A stretch of 5,582 nucleotides of DNA, taken from IMG/VR virus record IMGVR_UViG_3300045988_041489, positions 1-5,582 of that record; one strand, given 5' to 3'. Below, in pieces: positions 1 to 5,315 of the stretch. This DNA comes from a virus. The translations under genes were made by a program, and so were the position numbers. Positions within the stretch are counted from its first letter, which is position 1, and each line of letters begins with the position of its first letter. The notes beneath the pieces were generated by a model. It was not told where the DNA came from, did no database searches, and worked only from the letters and a program-made list of their open reading frames with translations.

Positions 1-141
1 GTTTTTTTTTTTTTTTGGTAAAATTAGAGAAAAAAAAGGAGGTGCAGCCATGAGCTACCGTAAAACCGTAAATCCGAAAACCGACAAGAAAGTATTTACC
101 AATACCGCAAAGAAAACGAAGAAAATCAACGTCAACCCGAA
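1..141. repeat. Terminal direct repeat, copy 1 (identical to 5442..5582); assembly overlap of a circular genome
   Basis: Base-by-base comparison by eye. G, T15, GGTAAAATTAGAG, A8, GGAGGTGCAGCC, ATGAGCTACCGT ... CAACCCGAA occurs at both window ends with an offset of 5441. The window stops mid-gene in the second copy, as expected when a circle is read past its start. Confidence 0.9.
16..24 (+). promoter_or_regulatory. Candidate extended -10 promoter element TGgTAAAAT (also at 5457..5465) for the J-like/structural gene block
   Basis: TG at 16-17, one spacer base, then TAAAAT at 19-24, which fits the TGnTATAAT pattern in 5 of 6 hexamer positions. No good -35 is present because the upstream sequence is the T15 tract. 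It lies about 14 nt upstream of the AGGAGG at 38-43. This is sequence pattern only. Confidence 0.3.
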
Positions 142-169
142 ACCGAGCCGAGGAGGCATCAGACTGTGA
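50..169 (+). CDS. Small highly basic protein (39 aa), J / ORF8-like DNA-binding packaging protein of Microviridae
   Basis: The ORF was translated by hand because it falls below the track cutoff: MSYRKTVNPKTDKKVFTNTAKKTKKINVNPKPSRGGIRL, with stop TGA at 167-169. It has 9 Lys, 3 Arg and 1 Asp. A strong SD (AGGAGG, 38-43) lies 6 nt before the ATG at 50. Its size and charge match phiX174 J (38 aa) and the small basic ORF8 proteins of chlamydial gokushoviruses. Confidence 0.7.
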   Translation: MSYRKTVNPKTDKKVFTNTAKKTKKINVNPKPSRGGIRL

Positions 170-390
170 TTGGACGAGCACGACCAGGCGAAAACAAAGG
201 CATGACAAGTCTGAGCATCTACCTGACACCGGAGGACTTTGAAGAAATCCAAGACTGGCGAGAAGAATTTGTCACAACCTACAGCGATATCGCACGCAAA
301 TGCATCAGAATCGGCCTAAAACACAAAAACGAGCTCTTCAAAGCGCTGGACGATGACCAGCAGAAAAGGAAGGAAAAATATGGAGTTTGA
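166..390 (+). CDS. Ribbon-helix-helix (CopG/Arc/MetJ-type) like small DNA-binding protein; function in this phage unknown
   Basis: The 74-aa ORF contains LSIYLT (beta strand), PEDFEEIQDWREEF (helix 1), a TTYSD turn/N-cap and IARKCIRIGL (helix 2), which is the RHH pattern. The GTG start at 166 has GAGGAGG at 150-156 (9-nt spacing) and overlaps the upstream stop as GTGA. The alternative in-frame ATG at 202 has a poor SD. The stop is TGA at 388-390. Confidence 0.55.
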   Translation: MIGRARPGENKGMTSLSIYLTPEDFEEIQDWREEFVTTYSDIARKCIRIGLKHKNELFKALDDDQQKRKEKYGV

Positions 391-625
391 AATTTACGCA
401 ATCAAAGACGAGCTGGCAGGAACCTTCGGGAACCTGATGATCGTGAACGCCAAAGTTGCCCAGAGAACCTTTAAGTGGCTAATGAAGGAAACCGAAAAAG
501 CAGACTGCGACGACAAGCGCATCTATCTGATGGGTACCTACAACAACGAGACCGGCGCAATCAATCCGTGCGTGCCGAAGCTGGTTTACAACCTGGAAGA
601 GGAAAAAAAGCATGAAAATCTTTAA
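380..625 (+). CDS. VP5: VP5-like small nonstructural protein (gokushovirus ORF5 family)
   Basis: MEFEIYAIKDELAGTFGNLMIVNAKVAQRTFKWLM...RIYLMGTYNNETGAINPCVPKLVY fits the remembered family pattern Y..D.....F.........A.R.F ... L.G.Y..(T/S)G......P..(L/V). The ATG at 380 is preceded by AAGGAAGGA (366-374). The 353 start given in the track has no SD. The gene sits just upstream of VP3, as in gokushoviruses. Confidence 0.55.
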   Translation: MEFEIYAIKDELAGTFGNLMIVNAKVAQRTFKWLMKETEKADCDDKRIYLMGTYNNETGAINPCVPKLVYNLEEEKKHENL

Positions 626-1109
626 ACCCTACGAGGACGAAAAGCCGGAAAGCAGACCGAACGAGCCCGGAAACATCATGGAACCGCAGTATAAGGAACG
701 CTACGACGAAAACGGGAAAGCATACCTGGAAAAAGTGGGCGAAGTAAACACTTATGAGAAAATCCAGAGCTACAGGGACGAATGCGACGTCATGAGCATT
801 CTGAGCAGATACGCAGCTGGCGACCAGACCGCACTCGCACGACCTGGCTACTACATCGACACCAGCAAACTCCCGCAAACGTACACAGAGTGGCTAAACC
901 TGATGAACGAAAAACGAGATCAGTTCGACGCGCTGCCGCTGGAAGTCAAAAAGGCATTTGACATGAGCTTTGAAACCTGGGCAGCAAACGCAGGCGAAGA
1001 AGAGTGGCTCAAAAAAATGGGCATTGTGACGAAAAATGATGCTGCAGCACAACAGCCTGGTGCAGCAGTATCACCAAAGGAGGACGAAAAGCATGAACCG
1101 AAACAGTGA
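612..1109 (+). CDS. VP3: Internal scaffolding protein VP3
   Basis: The 165-aa acidic protein has the segment TYEKIQSYRDECDVMSILSRYAAGDQTALARPGYYIDTSKLPQTYTEWLNLMNEKRDQFDALPLEVKKAF. This matches the conserved gokushovirus VP3 core (IQSY.D.CD...IL.R...GD ... P.TY.E.LN ... F..LP.E.R..F). It lies immediately upstream of VP1 and overlaps it. The start is ATG 612, with GAGG about 9 nt upstream. The in-frame ATG at 679 cannot be excluded. Confidence 0.75.
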   Translation: MKIFKPYEDEKPESRPNEPGNIMEPQYKERYDENGKAYLEKVGEVNTYEKIQSYRDECDVMSILSRYAAGDQTALARPGYYIDTSKLPQTYTEWLNLMNEKRDQFDALPLEVKKAFDMSFETWAANAGEEEWLKKMGIVTKNDAAAQQPGAAVSPKEDEKHEPKQ

Positions 1110-2733
1110 ACAGCATTACAGTCAGGTTCCACACGCAGAAATCAGGCGCAGCAGCTTTAAACGAGACTTCGGCCTACTGACCACGATGAACGAAGGCGAT
1201 CTGGTGCCGATCTACTGCGACGAGGTACTCCCGGCAGACACTTTCAAGATCAATCTTAACGGCCTAATCAGAATGGCAACTCCACTTTATCCGGTCATGG
1301 ATAACGCGTATGTTGACTTCTACTTTTTCTTCGTGCCGGCACGCCTGCTGTGGAAACACTTTGAAAACCTGATGGGACAGAATGATTCGACATTCTGGGC
1401 AGAAACGGTAGATTACACGACGCCGCAAACCAAAGCACCGTCAGGCGGGTGGAAAGTTGGCACCATCGCAGACTACTTCGGGATCCCGACAGGCGTAGCA
1501 AACCTGAGTGTCAACAGCATGCCACTCCGCGCATATGCGAAGATCTGGAACGAATGGTTTAGGGACGAAAACCTGCAACAGCCGGTAACCATGAGCCAGG
1601 ACGACGCAACCACGCAAGGCAGCAACACCGGCACGGCGCTGACCGACGCAGAAGCCGGAGGGCTGCCACTCAAAGTGGCAAAATACAAAGACTACTTTAC
1701 AAGCTGCCTCCCATCGCCACAAAAAGGCGAAGCGATAACCATCAGCCTGACAGGTAACGCACCTGTAGAACTCTTTACGGACAACAACTTAACAAATCAG
1801 CTCACAGAAAGAATTTACCTGGGAAACGGCAGCGCGTCAACAGCAAACAAGCAGAATACTTATATCGGCAGATCATTCTCGAACGACAAAGCGGTAACTG
1901 TAAGCGGCACATCAACAGCAACAGGAACAACCATCAATAACGGTGTGCTGGGAGCAAACTTGCAAGACATCGCAGCAACAACCATCAACGAATTGCGGAA
2001 CGCGATCGCAGTGCAACACATCCTGGAACGAGACGCAAGGACCGGCACCAGATACAAAGAAATCCTCGCTGGCGCATGGGGTGTAACCAGTCCGGACGCA
2101 CGACTTGACCGAAGCGAGTATATCGGTGGGTATCGAATGCCGATCAATATCAATCAGGTGGTGCAAACGTCGAGCACCGACAGCACGAGCCCGCAGGGCA
2201 ACACCGGCGCGTATAGCCTGACGACCCTAAGTCGCAAAATGTGCACCTATTCGGCAACGGAACATGGCTACGTCATCGGACTGGCAGCAATCAGGGTAGA
2301 TCACAGCTATCAGCAAGGTCTGAGCCGGATGTGGACACGCAGCACACGGTTTAGTTACTATGACCCAATGCTGGCAAACCTCGGCGAACAAGCAGTTCTG
2401 AATCAGGAAATCTATGCACAGGGCAACGCAAAAGATGAGGAAGTATTCGGCTACCAGGAAGCCTGGGCCGACTACAGGTATCGCACCAACATGATCACCA
2501 GCGAGATGCGCAGCACCTACGCTCAGACACTCGACGCGTGGCACTACGGCGACAAATACACAAGCCTGCCGACACTATCGAGCACCTGGATAAAAGAGGG
2601 CACGGAAAACATCGACCGCACGCTGGCAGTTCAGAGCAGCAACGCGCACCAGTTTATTGCGAACCTCTACTTCGACCAGACATGGACAAGACCCATGCCG
2701 ATCTACAGCGTGCCTGGACTGGAAACGATCTAA
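1093..2733 (+). CDS. VP1: Major capsid protein VP1 (phage F-protein family, Microviridae)
   Basis: Family hallmarks are present: N-terminal YSQVPHAEIRRSSFKRDF..TTMNEGDLVPIYCDEVLPADTF, then YVDFYFFFVP.RLLW, IADYFGIP, LRAYAKIWNEWFRDENLQ, KYKDYFTSCLPSPQKG, TINELRNAIAVQHILERDARTGTRYKEILAGAWGV and GYQEAWADYRY. I chose the start at ATG 1093 (546 aa) because AAGGAGG at 1077-1083 lies 9 nt upstream and homologues begin near this point. The track ORF start at 1036 adds 19 residues with no SD. Confidence 0.95.
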   Translation: MNRNSEQHYSQVPHAEIRRSSFKRDFGLLTTMNEGDLVPIYCDEVLPADTFKINLNGLIRMATPLYPVMDNAYVDFYFFFVPARLLWKHFENLMGQNDSTFWAETVDYTTPQTKAPSGGWKVGTIADYFGIPTGVANLSVNSMPLRAYAKIWNEWFRDENLQQPVTMSQDDATTQGSNTGTALTDAEAGGLPLKVAKYKDYFTSCLPSPQKGEAITISLTGNAPVELFTDNNLTNQLTERIYLGNGSASTANKQNTYIGRSFSNDKAVTVSGTSTATGTTINNGVLGANLQDIAATTINELRNAIAVQHILERDARTGTRYKEILAGAWGVTSPDARLDRSEYIGGYRMPININQVVQTSSTDSTSPQGNTGAYSLTTLSRKMCTYSATEHGYVIGLAAIRVDHSYQQGLSRMWTRSTRFSYYDPMLANLGEQAVLNQEIYAQGNAKDEEVFGYQEAWADYRYRTNMITSEMRSTYAQTLDAWHYGDKYTSLPTLSSTWIKEGTENIDRTLAVQSSNAHQFIANLYFDQTWTRPMPIYSVPGLETI

Positions 2734-2745
2734 AGAGGTAAAGGC

Positions 2746-3693
2746 ATGGCAGTACTTGAAACACTTGCAGGACTTTTGCCGATCATAACCGGAGGTGTAA
2801 GTCTCGCTGGACAACTTGGAAAAACCATAAAAGACCTGACAAGCAGCACAACCAGCAGCGGCAACACAAGCAGCGGCATGGGGCAGATGGGCATGAACAC
2901 GAGCTTCGGAAACACCGCAAGCAGCGGAAGCATGACCAGCAACACAACAACCAGCGGAAGCAACTGGCAGCAAGGCAGCATATCAGGAATCGCAAGCATA
3001 CTCAACAGCGCTCTGGGGACACCAACAGGAAACAACGCGACAGGGGCAGCAAACTGGAACGCGGGACAGGCAACCACGGCAAACAACCTGCAAACAGGTA
3101 TGTGGTCACTTGGCAACCTGATGAACCTAGGCAGCAATCTAGCAGCAAACGCAATGAATGCGGCAAGCCAGAGCAGCGCAATGCGATACAACAGCGCAGA
3201 AGCGCAAAAACAAAGAGACTGGACAGAGCGCATGAGCAATACGAGCTACCAACGCGGCGTCGCAGATCTCAAAGCGGCAGGTTTGAACCCGGTGTTGGCA
3301 GCATACAACGGCTACGGAGCAAACACAGGAGGCGGAGCGGAAGCGAGCCTGGGAGCGCAAAGCTACAGTCACACACAGGCAAACAGCATTCCGGCAGCAA
3401 AAATGGCCGAAATGCAAACAATGTACGACTACGGAAACAATACATCGCAATTTTTACAACAGGCGCAAGCAGCCATCAACGCAGCACGGCAAATGGGTGG
3501 CTACAATGAAGAAAAAGCATTCCGACAAATCACAAGCGACATCGTGAGCAGCAGTGCAAAAGATGTCAGCGCACTGGCAAAAACAGAGCAGAGCACAACA
3601 AGCGGAAACACCAGCACGACCGACCACGGAACAGAAAAAAATTACGCGCTATCCGGAAAGGGTCAGCTGGAATACCAGAGCAAAAAAAAGTAA
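2746..3693 (+). CDS. VP2: Minor capsid / DNA pilot protein VP2
   Basis: The 315-aa protein has the conserved core [37 protein letters not shown], which is the microvirus VP2/H signature (Q..R.....MSNT.YQR...D...AGLNP.LA). It has a hydrophobic N-terminus ([22 protein letters not shown]) followed by an S/T/N/G-rich low-complexity region. An SD (AGAGG, 2734-2738) precedes the ATG at 2746. It lies directly after VP1. Confidence 0.9.
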   Translation: MAVLETLAGLLPIITGGVSLAGQLGKTIKDLTSSTTSSGNTSSGMGQMGMNTSFGNTASSGSMTSNTTTSGSNWQQGSISGIASILNSALGTPTGNNATGAANWNAGQATTANNLQTGMWSLGNLMNLGSNLAANAMNAASQSSAMRYNSAEAQKQRDWTERMSNTSYQRGVADLKAAGLNPVLAAYNGYGANTGGGAEASLGAQSYSHTQANSIPAAKMAEMQTMYDYGNNTSQFLQQAQAAINAARQMGGYNEEKAFRQITSDIVSSSAKDVSALAKTEQSTTSGNTSTTDHGTEKNYALSGKGQLEYQSKKK

Positions 3694-3722
3694 TTGAAAA
3701 ACACAGGAAAGAGGTGTATAAT
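3694..3722 (+). promoter_or_regulatory. Near-consensus sigma70-type promoter: TTGAAA (-35), 17-nt spacer, TATAAT (-10)
   Basis: TTGAAA is at 3694-3699 and TATAAT at 3717-3722, with exactly 17 nt between them and TG immediately 5' of the -10. The element starts right after the VP2 stop (TAA, 3691-3693) and lies 45 nt upstream of the next ATG at 3767. Confidence 0.6.
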
Positions 3723-3766
3723 ATGGGTGTATCAATCGTACACTTTGCCTAGAAAGGGGCACAACA

Positions 3767-3949
3767 ATGAAAAGTCAAGTAGTAGAAAGAATGAACATAA
3801 ACCTAACCGTGAAAGAAGTAGAAAACTTAAACTGGCTCTATGAATACTTCAAATGCGTAAAGTATAACAAAAGTGACTGCGTAAGAGAAGCAATAAACCA
3901 GCTGACGTTCATACTAAAAAACGAACACGGCGAAAACAAGCAAATTTGA
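3767..3949 (+). CDS. Ribbon-helix-helix (CopG-like) small protein encoded directly upstream of rep; candidate transcriptional regulator
   Basis: The 60-aa ORF reads MKSQVVERMNINLTVKEVENLNWLYEYFKCVKYNKSDCVREAINQLTFIL.... It has a beta strand (NINLT), helix 1 (VKEVENLNWLYEYF) and the classic RHH helix-2 signature S-D/E-x-x-R-E-A-I-x-x-L. An SD (AAGGGG, 3754-3759) lies 7 nt before the ATG at 3767. The in-frame ATG at 3791 is an alternative start. The stop is TGA at 3947-3949. Confidence 0.55.
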   Translation: MKSQVVERMNINLTVKEVENLNWLYEYFKCVKYNKSDCVREAINQLTFILKNEHGENKQI

Positions 3950-3964
3950 CGCGGTTGCACCGCG
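3950..3964 (+). other. Short GC-rich hairpin immediately after the RHH gene stop (CGCGGT / loop TGC / ACCGCG)
   Basis: It has a 6-bp perfect stem (3950-3955 pairs with 3959-3964) and a 3-nt loop. No T-tract follows it, so it is not a canonical intrinsic terminator. Confidence 0.35.
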
Positions 3965-4019
3965 CCAAAGGGAAACAAAAATCCATGGCAAAAAATAAGC
4001 GGGAGCTAAATTTTGTGTC

Positions 4020-4060
4020 AGTGGGGGGAATAGACATCAAGAGGGTCTATTCCCCCCACT
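4020..4060 (+). repeat. Perfect 16-bp inverted repeat (hairpin) with 9-nt loop in the RHH-rep intergenic region
   Basis: AGTGGGGGGAATAGAC (4020-4035) is the exact reverse complement of GTCTATTCCCCCCACT (4045-4060). The loop is ATCAAGAGG (4036-4044). It ends 11 nt before the rep SD (GGAGG, 4072-4076). No T-tract flanks it on either strand. Confidence 0.85.
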
Positions 4061-4088
4061 CTCCCCGGGAAGGAGGAAACGTCCATAC

Positions 4089-5237
4089 ATGGCATGCGCA
4101 AGACCGAACATCAGAATTTTTAGCGAGAACGAAAAAGACTATTTTGCGCCGCTGAACTGGTACATACAGCACGGAAAAAAAAGAACCGGCGAACCGGACA
4201 TGATAGCGACACAAAAAAGACGCGAACGAGAACTGAAAGAGATGATCAAAGACGGCAAAGCAGTGCTGTGCCCATGCAAACATTGTAATGGCTGCATCAT
4301 GGACAGGGGCAAGAGCTGGGCAAACCGCATGGAAATGGAACTGCCATACCACGATCAAGCATGGTTTTTGACATTAACATACGATAACGAACACGCACCA
4401 ATGAGCTACGACCAAGGTCTGGGCGTGGATGAACTGACAGGCGAAGTGGTAACGGAAAACATGACGCTCGACTATACAGACTTAGAAAAATTTTGGAAAA
4501 GGCTCAGACGCTGGACAGAGTACAACAACAGAGCGGTCTACATAACCTACAACGGCAAAAAGAAAAACGATCTAATGTATTACGCTGGCGGCGAATACGG
4601 AGGAAAAACACACAGACCGCACTATCATGCAATAGTATACGGCTTAAAAATCGAAAAAGAGGAGCTGAAGGAGTACAAAAAAGCAAAAGGCAAAGTATAC
4701 TATACCTGTGAATGGCTCACGAAACTATGGGGCAAAGGCTTTGTGATCATCGGTGCAGCGGAATGGGAAAGCATGGCATATACAGCAAGATACTGCACAA
4801 AAAAGAGCTATGGAGCAGGCGCAAAAGAATATTACAAAAACCTGGCAATACAGCCAGAGGATAGCAGAATGTCAACCAATCCGGCAATCGGATGGAGATA
4901 TTACGAGGAACACAAAGAGGAAATCTATAAAGAGGACAAAATACAACTCAAGAAAGGAAGAAGCTGTAAGCCGCCTACATACTTTGACAAGCTCTTTGAC
5001 CTGGAACACTCAGAAGCCGAACCGCTGACGGAAGAAGAATGCAGAGGAATTGAAGATGTAATAATAAAAGCCGAATCCGAAGAACTGAAAGAAATAAAGC
5101 GAAAACGGCGAAAACTCGCCAATGACGCGTTATTTAGTCAGCTCAAACAGACCGGCCTAACTATGCAAGAGTATTATAAACTAAAAGATCAGCGGAATCA
5201 AGAAAAATTTAAACAGCTCATAAGAGAGGAAGTATAA
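4089..5237 (+). CDS. VP4: Replication initiation protein VP4 (HUH rolling-circle endonuclease, phiX174 A-protein superfamily)
   Basis: The 382-aa protein has an N-terminal M.C..P and the Cys cluster CPCKHCNGC. Motif 1 is FLTLTYD. The HUH motif is PHYHAIVYG, with HYH encoded at 4620-4628. The two-tyrosine catalytic motif is YTARYCTKK, with Tyr codons at 4779 and 4791 spaced as in phiX A (YVAKY). An SD (AAGGAGG, 4070-4076) lies 12 nt before the ATG at 4089. Confidence 0.92.
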   Translation: MACARPNIRIFSENEKDYFAPLNWYIQHGKKRTGEPDMIATQKRRERELKEMIKDGKAVLCPCKHCNGCIMDRGKSWANRMEMELPYHDQAWFLTLTYDNEHAPMSYDQGLGVDELTGEVVTENMTLDYTDLEKFWKRLRRWTEYNNRAVYITYNGKKKNDLMYYAGGEYGGKTHRPHYHAIVYGLKIEKEELKEYKKAKGKVYYTCEWLTKLWGKGFVIIGAAEWESMAYTARYCTKKSYGAGAKEYYKNLAIQPEDSRMSTNPAIGWRYYEEHKEEIYKEDKIQLKKGRSCKPPTYFDKLFDLEHSEAEPLTEEECRGIEDVIIKAESEELKEIKRKRRKLANDALFSQLKQTGLTMQEYYKLKDQRNQEKFKQLIREEV

Positions 5238-5315
5238 AGAACGGCTAAATAAGGGCACTACATGCAGCAAGCGGAAAACAGGCGTGCAGCGCTGAACCTG
5301 CTTTTGATTTAAATG

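Noticed and set aside
1-141. Reading the identical ends as biological direct terminal repeats, LTRs or a duplicated gene
   Set aside because: Microviridae genomes are covalently closed circles. The repeat is exact, cuts a gene in half at the window end, and is the typical signature of a circular contig assembled past its origin.
353-379. Upstream extension of the VP5-like ORF (track start at 353, MTSRKGRKN)
   Set aside because: There is no SD before 353, whereas the ATG at 380 follows AAGGAAGGA. The extension is just the alternative frame of the RHH gene's C-terminus.
1036-1092. Upstream extension of the VP1 ORF (track start at 1036, MMLQHNSLVQQYHQRRTKS)
   Set aside because: The extension has no SD. 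It lies inside VP3 coding sequence. The ATG at 1093 has AAGGAGG at the ideal distance and gives the canonical VP1 N-terminus.
2538-2741. Alternative-frame + strand ORFs inside VP1 and VP4 (2538..2741, 4493..4711, 4753..5028)
   Set aside because: They are short, Arg/Lys/Gln-rich and low in complexity, which is typical of frame-shifted A-rich coding DNA. They have no SD. None has a hydrophobic segment that would suggest an E-like lysis protein.
2730-3239. 169-aa minus-strand ORF, along with the other minus-strand ORFs in the track (55..252, 561..878, 920..1132, 1295..1501, 1441..1722, 1473..1688, 1860..2153, 1912..2166, 2227..2544, 2575..2973, 2783..2995, 3139..3450, 4047..4358, 4139..4330, 4504..4686, 4925..5122)
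   Set aside because: All of them lie antisense to well-supported microvirus genes. They encode Cys/Leu/Phe/Ser/Ala-rich low-complexity sequences and lack SD sequences. The A-rich, T-poor + strand depletes stop codons on the complement, which explains their length. Microviridae transcribe one strand only.
4020-4060. Reading the 16-bp hairpin as an intrinsic transcription terminator between the RHH gene and rep
   Set aside because: No U/T-tract follows it on the + strand (CTCTCCCCGG), nor directly on the minus strand (GACACAAAATTT). rep has no separate recognisable promoter downstream, so full termination here would silence rep.
3946-4155. 69-aa + strand ORF with a TTG start (internal ATG at 3985) spanning the RHH-rep intergenic region and the rep start
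   Set aside because: It has a non-ATG start that overlaps the upstream stop, and no usable SD for either start. It runs straight through both hairpins and the rep SD and start in another frame. The sequence has no recognisable features. An open frame here is expected from stop-codon depletion.
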